Positions 1-10,951 of a stretch of 64,000 bases of DNA are shown in pieces (positions within the stretch are counted from its first letter, which is position 1; every line of letters begins with the position of its first letter). The position numbers and the translations under genes were made by a program. The stretch is from Neovahlkampfia damariscottae. Lineage: Eukaryota. Location: positions 1 to 64,000 of the forward strand of contig JABLTG010000016.1 in the NCBI GenBank assembly GCA_016618085.1, read 5' to 3'. The notes beneath the pieces are model-generated. The model did not search any database, was not told the origin of the DNA, and saw only the letters and a list, made by a program, of their open reading frames with translations.

Positions 1-134
1 TTGCTTATGGTGAATGTAGTGCAAGAACACAAAAAGGATTAAAAGAAGTATTTAATGCTGCTATTGAATCAGTTTTAGCTCCAAAAGGAAAAGAAAAAGA
101 AAAGAAAAAAGGTGGTGGTTGTTTACTTTTGTAA
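1..134 (+). CDS. Rho-family (Rac/Cdc42-like) small GTPase, 3' end only
   Basis: Frame from nt 3 reads AYGECSARTQKGLKEVFNAAIESVLAPKGKEKEKKKGGGCLLL*: G5 ECSA motif, polybasic region and CAAX box CLLL; not in the ORF track. Confidence 0.9.
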   Translation, partial: AYGECSARTQKGLKEVFNAAIESVLAPKGKEKEKKKGGGCLLL

Positions 135-140
135 AATAAA

Positions 141-1212
141 TTATTTTACTTTATTGAGCTGAATATATTTGTACTCTGATAAATTTTCAAGTAATCTCCA
201 TGTTTCATCTCTAACTGTCAAATAAAACTCCTTTCCACTCTTTAAATTAGCCAATTTTTGGAAGGGCAAAACATTGTCCTTCTCAATCCAGACATTAATG
301 TCATCATCTAAAATTACACTTTGGAATACATCTAAAGAAAATTGTGATAAATTCTTGATTCCTATTTTTGAATTTGCCGATAATTTTTTGAAATTTTCTC
401 TTGACTTCAACAAATTAGCAAGATCTTTTTCATTTGAAATGTTTTTTAACAAATGCTCTTTTTTTGGATCCAATATTTTCAAAACATTTTTTGCATAGTC
501 AAAGACAGAATTTGTAAAAATATGAACATTAAAAATTTGGCAAGCCCATTGCAAAAGTTCAGCTGTTCCAGGTCTAACAGAACAAAAATATCGATAATTT
601 TCGACTTCAAAATAAAATTCATTTGGATGATTTCTTTCTGAAGAATCAATCACAATTCTGGTTCTAATTAATGTTTCATCCAAGTCCAAAATTAAATTAT
701 ATTTTTGAACAAGTAAAGCAGAAAGAATTGGTTCAAATGATTCACTTTCCTCTTTTTCAAATAATAATATTTGAAAACTTGTATCAGGAACCGGCAAAAC
801 AGCAACTTCATTCTTTCTGGCAAGTAAACCTTTGAGGTAAGCAATAGAGGTGGAACTATGTAAATCCAACCCAGATACTTCAAATTCGGCAGGTTTTTCG
901 TTTTTGTAAGATAACAAAGCTCTTTTGTTCACAAAATCTGAGACTTTAAAATGTAAATTTGATGAATTTCTGAGAGTTATTTTAAAAAAGAACTTACCCT
1001 GATAAATAGGTTGATACTTTACTATCAAGTTCCACACCATTCATTAATTCAAATCTTACAGTGGATTGAATTTTTTTTGTACAAATCAAACGAGTTTTGA
1101 ACATAAATTTGTAATGATGGTCATAATTATCATCAGGATGTTGTTTCTTTAAAGGCATAGTTTCTTCTTCGTATTCTTCAATTTCTTCCATTTGTTCTCG
1201 GCTCCTTTTCAT
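141..1212 (-). CDS. FCP1/SCP-type HAD (NIF) CTD phosphatase with an N-terminal SPOC-like domain
   Basis: LILDLDETL, RPG, FTNS and ILDDDINVW motifs; 28-nt GT-AG intron 970-997 joins ORF 994-1236 in frame to ORF 141-1040. Confidence 0.8.
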
Positions 1213-1438
1213 TGTTCTGAAAACGAAAAAGACCATTGGTCTTATTTATAACTCACTTTTCCATTTTTTAAAAGCCGACTTCTGATTGGATGAAAAATGA
1301 ATCGGTTGGAAAATGGAAGCAAAAGTACAAATATTTCTTCAGAAATATCATATTCAGCAGGCTGATGAATGTCAAAAAGAAAATCAAAATTGACCAATCA
1401 ACGATAAACATCATTTAACGACAAAAAGACTCGACAAC
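1213..1438. promoter_or_regulatory. Bidirectional promoter region with several CCAAT/ATTGG boxes
   Basis: Lies between divergent ATGs; ATTGG near 1235 and 1285, CCAATCA at 1394. Confidence 0.55.
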
Positions 1439-2651
1439 ATGAGTGAAACCATTTCTTTAGAAGTTGAAAGTAACGGATCACTCGTTCCTGTCGCAACAAA
1501 ACAAGGAAAAAATTATCAAGTCACTGTGAACTTGGAATATTCACATTATTACGCAGGAGAAAAAGTTAGAGGACAAATTCAAGTGAAAGGAAAAAAACCA
1601 TTCACAAAAATACCTTATTTAGAATATAGTTGGAAGGCTTTAGGTCAAGTTAAATTAAGAGGTGTTGTAAAAGATAAAACTACCTATGCATTTTTAGTTG
1701 ACCGCTATTATTTACCAAAAAAGTCTACTCCTGTTGAACTAAAAAAAAAAGGGGACGATTTTTGTGAAAGTGACATTGTAGAATTTGGTGAATTACCTGC
1801 AAGTATGGTTGCACCACAAAAAGGTGAAGTTGGACCAAGAAAAGAAAGGTAAAAAAAAAAAAAAAAAATTAACACAATATTTTTTTAGTGAATTTGAATT
1901 TAAATATCTGTTTAATATTGTCGTAAAAGAGTCATCTTCATTTTTTGATATTGGAAACTTGCTTGGTAAAGTTTCAATAAAAGAACCTTTAAAAATATAC
2001 CCTGTACCACTTTATGCAAGAATAGCAGAACAAGAAAAAATGAAAGTAAAATATGTTCATCAAGATACACAATTCATGCAATATAGATTCAAAGTTTCAT
2101 TTTTTAAAACAGTATTTTTCACCAATGAAGAAGTTGTTTATCGTGTTTCATTTAGATCAGATGTTACACCTTATATTACACAAATATCAACTTATTTAGA
2201 ATCTGTTATATCTTTATATGCCTTCAATGAAAAAGGTGAAAGAAAAGAAGTACAAAGATTTGAAGAAACACCAATTATTGTTCACTCATTTGATGTAGAA
2301 AAAGATACTAGAGATAAAGCTGAAGATGAATATGAAGTAACATTTCCATTGGGTGAAGATGTTTTTCCAAATGTTTTACCAGAGTATGAAAACTGTTTAA
2401 TGAGAAGAGATTATGCACTTGTTGTTAAAGGTGAATCCGATATTCAAGAAGATATTACTCAAGTACCAACTATTTATCATGATATTGCTGTTTCTTCTCC
2501 TTTTCCAGACGAAGAAAAAAGAAGAAAAGTTCCAGAAAAAGAAGTTCCAGCTTTTAAAACCGAATTTAAAGAAGAAAGATTTGAATCTGAAGGAAAAGAT
2601 TTATTTGGTGCATTCTTAGGTGCATCTGATCGACCTGATTTAAATAAATAA
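1439..2651 (+). CDS. Arrestin-fold (alpha-arrestin-like) protein
   Basis: YYAGEKVRGQIQV, LPAS and FFTNEEV arrestin N/C-domain patterns; 40-nt intron 1849-1888 joins the two ORFs in frame. Confidence 0.65.
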
Positions 2652-2727
2652 ATTATTTTTATTTCAGAAAAAGTATCTTTCATGACTCAATTTTTCCCTC
2701 TTTTTTTTATCCAATCAAAATATTCAC

Positions 2728-4910
2728 ATGTCCAAACAACAAACCATTTCGTAATAAAACAACAACTACTAAAATTCTGTTTAGAAGTTTTTTTACAAAG
2801 AAAAAAAGAAAAAGAGAAGAAGATGTATATGACAATATAAAAGAGGAAGAAGTGAATTTAAAAAAAAAAAAAAAAGAAGAAAAAAAAGAAATAATTGAAA
2901 ATCACAGTGATGATATAGTTGAAGAAGATGATATAAATAATGATGAAAAAATAAAAAGAATCAAAAAAGTAAAAATTATTGGAGAAACCAATTATAATTA
3001 TTCCAAATTTGAACAACCAAAAGAAGAAGAAGTAAAAGGAATGAATGGAATATATTATTTATATTTTGCAAAAACTATGAAAGAAATATCAGAAACATCA
3101 TCAAGAATACAAAAGACAGAAACATTAACTAATTTTTTTCGAACCATCATATTAATATCACCAAATGATTTATTAGCATCTATTTATTTATGTACAAATC
3201 AAGTAAATAAAAAAAATTAATAAAAATCAATAGTTAGCACCATCATATGAAGGTATTGAATTAGGTATTGGAGATGGAGTATTAATGAAAGCTATTGCAG
3301 AATCTTATGGAAAGAGTGTTGGAGATGTTAAAAAAATGAATCAAAAATTAGGAGATTTAGGTAGTGTTGCAGAACAAGCTAAAATGACACAAAGAACATT
3401 AATAAAAATGAAGAATTTAAGTATACAAGATGTATATAATGGATTTAAATATATTTCATCATCAAGTGGTAAATCATCACAAAAAAAGAAGATTGATAAA
3501 ATTCAATCATTATTAATAAGTGGAAGAGAATGTGAACCATTATTTTTAGTTAGATCATTACAATCTAAATTAAGAATTGGATTAGGAGAAGAAACAGTAT
3601 TAACATCAATATCACATTCAATAATATTAACTAATAAAGAAATAATTAATATTGAAGAATTAAAAAAGAGTGAAGAAGAATTAAAAATAGTATATTCACA
3701 ATTACCAAATTATGATAAAATTATAAAAGAATTATTAAAATCAGGATTTAAAAATTTAAAAAAAGAATGTAATTTATCATCTGGTATTCCAGTTAAACCA
3801 ATGTTAGCAAAGAGAGCAACACAAGTATCTGAATTATTTGATAAATTTGGAGATGGATTATTTACATGTGAATATAAATATGATGGTGAAAGAGCACAAA
3901 TACATTTAAATAATGAAAAGATTACAATATTTTCAAGAAATTTAGAAAATAATACATCTAAATATCCTGATATTTTAAATATTATATTAAAATCAAAAAA
4001 AGAAAATATAAATAATTTTATTTTAGATTGTGAAGTTGTTGGAATAAAAGATGGTAAAATATTACCATTTCAAACTTTAATGACAAGAGGTAGAAAAGAT
4101 ATTAAAATTGAAAATATTCAAATTAAAATATGTTTATTTTCATTTGATTTATTATATTTAAATGGTCAATCTTTATTAAATGAATCTTTATTAAAAAGAA
4201 GACAATTATTATATAATTCATTTAATCAAATTGAAAATGAATTTAAATTTGCAACTAAATTAGATTCAACAAATCCAGAAGAAATTCAATCTTTTATGAA
4301 TGATTCAATTCAAAATTTATGTGAAGGTATAATGGTTAAATCTTTAGAAAAGGATGCAACTTATTTTCCTGCAAAAAGATCAATGAATTGGTTAAAATTA
4401 AAAAAGGATTATATGGAAAATGGTATTGGTGATTCTTTGGATTTAGTTCCAATTGGTGCTTATTTTGGTCAAGGGAAAAGAAAAGGTGTTTATGGTGGAT
4501 TCTTATTGGCTATTTATAATTCCGAAAATGAAGAATATCAATCTATTTGTAAAATTGGTACTGGTTTTTCAGATGAACAATTAATTCAATTTTCAAAAGA
4601 ATTTGAAATTATTAAAGAACCAAAATCATATTATAAATTTAATGATTCTCATAAACCAGATATATTCTTTGATTTATCAAAAGTATGGGAAGTTAAATGT
4701 GCTGATATTACTTTATCACCAAAACATTTGGCTGCAATTGGTTTAATTGATCCATCAAAAGGTATTGCATTAAGATTCCCAAGATTCATTAGAGTTAGAG
4801 ATGATAAATCACCAGAAGAAGCTACAAATCAAGATGAAGTAGTTGATATGTATCAATCACAATCAAATAAAGTACAATCAAATCAAAAGAATGATGATTT
4901 ATCAGATTAA
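2728..4910 (+). CDS. LIG1: DNA ligase I
   Basis: EYKYDGERAQIH adenylation motif, EGIMVK, WLKLKKDY, LRFPRF; N-terminal PIP box QQTISSFF after removing intron 2751-2784; second intron 3203-3233. Confidence 0.96.
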
Positions 4911-4986
4911 AATATTCGTTTCAATTTCCCTCTTTTTTATTATTAACCAATCAGAGTGTTAAATCAAACTCAAGCCCTGTCTAAAA

Positions 4987-5271
4987 ATGACAGAAGAAGA
5001 AAAGTTAAAAAAGAAAATTAAAACACTAAGGAATGAATTAGAAGAAAAAGAAGAAAAGTTTGAAGAAGAAAAAAAAAAGTATTTTGATCATATTAGTGAA
5101 ATGAAAAGAGAAAAACAACAAAAACTTGAAGAAATAGAAAATATGAAAGAAGATTTTGAAGAGAATGAAGAAGAGCATGAAAAAAATTATAAAAAGATTA
5201 AAAATTTGAATAAAGAAAAAATAAAAGAAAATTCAAAAGAATTAAAAAAGGTTTTGAATGAATTTTTTTAG
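4987..5271 (+). CDS. Small E/K-rich coiled-coil protein
   Basis: 94-aa ORF with heptad-like E/K composition, CCAATCA at 4947. Confidence 0.55.
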   Translation: MTEEEKLKKKIKTLRNELEEKEEKFEEEKKKYFDHISEMKREKQQKLEEIENMKEDFEENEEEHEKNYKKIKNLNKEKIKENSKELKKVLNEFF

Positions 5272-5319
5272 ATAAAGGTGATTCAAAATAAAAATGATAA
5301 ATTAACTAAAAATTTTATT

Positions 5320-6324
5320 TTATTGAACTGAAATTTCCTCACTTTGAACTACACTTTGTTGTTCTTCTTCTTCAACTTTAACTTTTTTTGAATGTGGTGC
5401 GTCAGTTTCGTATTCAAAATTACCAACTGAGTGATCTTGTCTTTTATCACCTGATGAAGGAATTGTTTCTGTTGGAGTTTGTTCCTTCACTTTTTTCTTT
5501 TTTTGTTTCTTTTTACCATCAAAAGTAGGAAATTCTTCTGCATTTACAGAATTTTCAACGTTTGTTGTTTCGTTCCATGAAACTGAAGTATCATTGATAA
5601 GTTGAACAATTACTTCTTCTTTCTTTTTTTCAACATTTGTTTCAGTTTTTTTTTCACTTCTTTGTTTTTTTGGTTTTTCAGAAGAATCTTTTGTTTCTTT
5701 TCTTTCTTTCTTTTCTTTTTTTTCATCTGAAGTAACATCTTTTTTTGGTTTCTTTTTTGGTTTTGGGCCAGTTGAAGTTGAAACCATATTGTTGCTCCAA
5801 AAGTCTTCTTCAGTTTTATAAGGATCTGAAATATAATAAGCAACAGGTGTTTTTGGTGAACTTTCAGTTTCTTCAACAGTTTCTTTTGTTTCAGTTTGAC
5901 CAACTTCTTCTTCCTGGATTTGTTTTGGAACATGTGCTTCTTTGAGTAAAGTTTTTTTCACTTTTTTTTTTTGAGGTTGAACTGTTTTTTTTGTAACATC
6001 TTTGTGTCTTGGTTCAACTTTTTTAAATTGTGATTCATCATAAGTTTCTTGTTGAACTTCTTGTGGTTGAGTTTTCTTTGCTGGTTTTTCAACTTTTTTT
6101 GTTGGTTTTTCAACTTTTTTTTCAACCTTTTTTTCAACTTTCTTTTCTTCAACTTTTGATGGGTTTTGAGTTTTTGTTGAAGGAGCTTTAGCTTTTTTTT
6201 TGTCTGCTTTTTTGTCAGATTTTTTATCTAAAGGTATGTCATCAACTGTTTGCCCCTTTGACATGAAACTAACAATGAAAAACACTGCGACTAGCAATAA
6301 AATAACTCCTATTACTACCAACAT
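5320..6324 (-). CDS. N-terminally anchored K/E-rich disordered protein (p180/kinectin-like layout)
   Basis: 334-aa ORF: hydrophobic signal-anchor MLVVIGVILLLVAVFFIVSFM followed by a KKVE-rich low-complexity region. Confidence 0.65.
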   Translation of the reverse strand: MLVVIGVILLLVAVFFIVSFMSKGQTVDDIPLDKKSDKKADKKKAKAPSTKTQNPSKVEEKKVEKKVEKKVEKPTKKVEKPAKKTQPQEVQQETYDESQFKKVEPRHKDVTKKTVQPQKKKVKKTLLKEAHVPKQIQEEEVGQTETKETVEETESSPKTPVAYYISDPYKTEEDFWSNNMVSTSTGPKPKKKPKKDVTSDEKKEKKERKETKDSSEKPKKQRSEKKTETNVEKKKEEVIVQLINDTSVSWNETTNVENSVNAEEFPTFDGKKKQKKKKVKEQTPTETIPSSGDKRQDHSVGNFEYETDAPHSKKVKVEEEEQQSVVQSEEISVQ

Positions 6325-7107
6325 AACTTCAAGTGCGTCTTATGTTATTGGATAAATTTGTCGGGATTTCATTGGTCCACGTATATTAAATCAAAAACAC
6401 TAAGAAAAACAAAAAGTTACCAAATTGGGTTTTAGGATGTTTTACAGTCAAAGATTAGAAAAAACCACAGAATATAATCCTTAATTTTTATTGGCCTATA
6501 TAAACCAATCAGAAAATAGTATTTTTTAAGATGCCAAATTAATTCTTAATTGTTCGCGTCTCAAAAAAAACTCGAAATTCAACTTTGTTACAGTTGATAA
6601 AGCACGTAAAATTTTATTTGAACAATTTTGAAATTTTTTTCCATCAATTTGACAGTTCTAAAATCAATTTTGTTTGTGCCACTTGTCATTTTTGCAATTT
6701 GAAAAAAAAACTACTTGATCGTTAATCTCCCATAGACCATTAGTTCAAACTCTGCAACGTAGTTACTACCACAATATCTGAAATCTGTTTCTCGATGTAT
6801 CCAATTTTGTGCATGTAGCATGCCAATTTGAGTCAAATTGCTTGTTTTTTTGAGAAATTGATTTTGCTGCTGTAATAGTTCGATACGAGTCTGATTAAGG
6901 AAACTCATGAAAGATTCGTGATTTTTGAGTATTTTGAGAGATATTTTCATCTAATTTTTCTGTCAATTCGTTTCTCAAAGAATCTACATTATAAAATAGG
7001 GTGAATAAGGGATAAACGATTTCTATCGGTATTTCATGGATTTTGATGTTTTTTCATTTTCTGGAAATACTCACTTTTGATTGGTCAAATCCGCACCTTC
7101 ATGAACA

Positions 7108-9061
7108 ATGGCATGCAAATTGTTTTTGGTGGTGATCTCTTGGATATGCTTGAGTTTGATTTCTTTGCTTTTATTTCAAGATGATATTCACAATTTAGTA
7201 TCAAACGGAAATTTTGAGAAAAAGTTACAACATTGGAAAGTAAAAAAACAAACAACCAATAACCAGAATCTTCTAGGCAGAAATTCATTCGCAGCAATTT
7301 TCAGTTGGAAGACTGTACCCTAAAATCGATAATTACTTTGGGAGTTTTCCTTCAACTGCTGGTATTTTCAATGAATTGACCACCGATTTCATGATGCAAA
7401 TTATTTGGGTAAAGAAAGAGATTAAAAGTCCATTGATGATATCATTTTCCCATATATTGTCTCATGTACATAATGATTCAAAAATATTTCAATATGTATT
7501 CATTCAACATTTCATGTTTAACCATTCAATTAGGTGAATATCAGGTAAAGAGAAAATAAAAAATTAAACTCCAAAGATATTCAGATGGAACAATATTTCC
7601 TATTTATAATTTCATTAAAGATGTTTCAAAACATCATTATTGGAAAAAAGATTGCTTAGTTGTTCCATCTATTCATAAAAAAATAGAAAATATTGTGATT
7701 GGTAATTCAAATTAAAATATGGTTAATTAAAAAGGTATTGGAGGATATGATTTTAAATATAATGAAAGACAATTAATTGCTATTACAAATATTGGTATTC
7801 ATTATAACAAACAAATTATTTTGAATGATATTAATTTTTATAAAAAATACAAAAATAAATGTGATTCAATTAAATTGATTAAAAAAGATTTTCAAAATTA
7901 TAAAACAGAGATTAATAAATTTAAATCTATCAAAATATTTGTAAGAAGGATTTCATTAATTAAATAATAGAATAAAAATGATGTTACCATTTGTATTCCA
8001 ATTACAATAGAAAGATTAAATTTTATTAGTAAATTAATTTTAAAATTATTTAAAAAAATAGAATTAAATTCTAAATATTATGATGGACCAATTTCAATTT
8101 CAATTTATTTAAAAAATAAAAATGAACTTTTAAAATTAAAATTATTTTTAAAAAAGAATAAAGAAATTAGAATGAATTGTACTTTTCATTTAATTTATCA
8201 AAATGAAGAAACAAATGAAAATCCAAGAAAGAATGATAGACCTGAATATTCATTTCCAATTAATTATTTAAGAAATATAGCAAGAAAATATTCAAATACG
8301 AATTATATTTTATATTTAGATGGTGATTTTATTGTATCTTCAACTTTATTTAATGATTTAAAATTAATTAAAAAAAATAAAAAAAAGTTAATTATTTTAC
8401 CTTCTTATAGAGGTATTTATTCAAAAGATAAATTAGAATTATTAAAAAATATAAAATTAAATGGTAAAATTAAATTAATTTAATTTTAAAAAGTAACAAG
8501 AAGAATTGAATACACATCACATGATTTAACAAATTATACAAAATTTGAAAATATAAATTATTCAAATGAATTTTATAAAGTTGGAATGAATCATAATTTT
8601 GAACCTTATTATATTTCTCATAGATCAGTACCTTTATTTTCAGAAAGATATGTTGGTTGTGGTAGAGATAAAGTATCACAATCTCATTCAACTCATTTAG
8701 GTATTTATTAAAATTAAATTCATTTTCTTTTACAAAAGCTAATTTCTCATTTTGGGTTTGGATGAAAAATTTTGTAGTTCATCTTCCAATTAAAAATGAA
8801 CAAAAAATATGTAAAAAATGGCCTCCTCCAAAATTTCAATTACACACTATGATGGCAAATCATTTTATTAGTTTAAATGAATCATCTTCAAAAAAGTTTG
8901 AAATTGAAGATGAATTTAAAAATACAATTTTATCAAAAAATGATGAAGAATTATTATTACAACATCATAATCAGTTATTTAATTCTTTATCATTTTTGAT
9001 TTTCGGATTAACTATTTTATTTTCCTTAATTTTATCATTTTTGAAAGAATATAATTTATGA
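7108..9061 (+). CDS. GT49 family (LARGE/B4GAT1-like) glycosyltransferase, multi-exon, with N- and C-terminal hydrophobic segments
   Basis: FPINYLRNIAR...YILYLDGDF (DxD), FEPYYI, ERYVGCGRDKVSQ, FVVHLP; many short introns including an 11-nt exon at 7534-7544. Confidence 0.75.
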
Positions 9062-9126
9062 TGGATTTTAAGAGAGAATAGAGAAATCATTTCCTTTCAA
9101 AATAAAAATTTTTAATAAATCTCTTT

Positions 9127-10780
9127 TTAAGGTGATAATCTTTTTGGATCACGTGGAAACATTGATGTTTTTCTAACATTTTTTATACCAAGATAAAGCA
9201 TAACCACTCTTTCAAGACCAACACCACAACCAGCATGAGGATAAGCACCATATTTAAAACAATCAACATATGCTTGAATTGGAGAAACATCAACATTAAG
9301 TTCTTTTGCTCTTTTTAATAATAAATCAGAATCATGAATTCTTTGTGCACCTGATGAAATTTCTTCACCTCTAATAAAGAAATCATATGAATTTGATAAA
9401 TTTTCATCTTTTGGATCAGGCATTGTATAAAATGGTCTAACTGATAATGGGAATTTATCCATAAAATAAAAATCTGTATCATATTTTTCTTTTATAATTT
9501 TACCTAATAATTTTTCTTGAGTAGTTGAAATATCATCAAGATCAGATATTTTTTCACCTGATTCTCTTAATAATTTCATACCTTCTGCATATGTAATTCT
9601 TAAATTATTTTTTTTATTATATTTAAGTGGTGAAATTTTATATTGTTGAGATATAATTTCAATTTCATTTTTATAATTCTCTTCAATTCCAGTAAAAATA
9701 TGAATGAATAATTGATCAATAACATCTAATACTTCTGAATAATGATAATTAAATCTCATTTCCATATCTAATCCAACAAATTCTGTTAAATGTCTATGAG
9801 TTTGTGAATTTTCTGCTCTAAATACAGGACCTATTTCAAATACTTTCATTAAATCACCTTGAACTGCCATTTGTTTATATAATTGTGGTGATTGTGCTAA
9901 ATATGCTTTGGTTTTGAAATATTTTACTTCAAATACATTAGCACCTCCTTCACTTGCTGTTCCAATTAATTTTGGTGTATGTATTTCATGAAATCCATCT
10001 TTAAATAAGAATTCTCTAAAATAATATTGAATAGCAGATTCAATTTTAAAAATAGCTAAATTCGCAGGTGCTCTCATATCAATAACACGATAATCTAATT
10101 TAATTTCTTGTCCAACTGTTGATGGTTTCTTTTTTTCTTCTTCTTGTTTATTAACTACTTCTTCTTCATCATCATCTTCTGGAATCATACAATCTTCAAC
10201 TTGTAATGGTAATGGTGCAACTATTTTTTTAATCTTTTCATTTATTCTTACTTGCTGCAACAACACAAAAGATTTTAGAAATATGTATTTCAACATCTTT
10301 TTGTGTTATAAGATTTGAACGAATCTCTTCATCAGGTACAACAATAGTTCCTGTAATTTCAACAATAGATTCTTTTGTTAAGTTTCCAATATATTTAACC
10401 ATTTTTTCAGGTGAAGTTTCACTTTTAAAATGAAGTCCTTGAATGGTAAAGCATCCATCACGTAAAACAATAAACGCTCCTTTTCCTTTTGAACGAGTAT
10501 TATGAACTCTACAACGAATAACTACTTGTTGATCTTTTAAGTCTTTATTGATATCTCCAATTTGTGTGTATTTAACACTTTTTTGAAATGTACTTTGAAT
10601 TAAAGGTAAATGTCCATAAACTACTTTATCATTTTCAACATCTTCAAATGATACTTGAACATTCAAATCAGCTAATTCTTTTAATCTTTGTAATTCTCTT
10701 TCTTTTTGTCTTTCTGCTTTTTTATCTTTTTTAGTTTCTTTTTCTTTTTTTTCTTGTGTTGGTTTTTCTTCGGTTGACAT
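9127..10780 (-). CDS. DARS1: Cytosolic aspartyl-tRNA synthetase
   Basis: OB anticodon-binding fold, LAQSPQLYKQM, FRAENSQTHRH, GVGLERV, FPRDPKRL; 31-nt intron 10221-10251. Confidence 0.96.
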
Positions 10781-10951
10781 TTTCTTCTTCAGGATAGTTG
10801 ACCAATGAAAACAAAATTTATTTCAAATTTAACCATTCATTTCAAAAATTGAATGAATTCTTTTTAGAAAATGAAAATTAATCTTCGAAAACAAAAAAAA
10901 TCCAAAATATAACTTTTTTTGTCCAATCAAAAGGCATTATTTTCAAAGTTG

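Noticed and set aside
5610..6152. K/L/Q-rich alternative-frame ORFs
   Set aside because: Off-frame readings of the low-complexity 5320-6324 gene
6770..6812. Minus-strand AAAATTGGATACATCGAGAAACAGATT resembling U6 snRNA
   Set aside because: No ACAGAGA box, AGC triad or internal stem-loop in the correct arrangement
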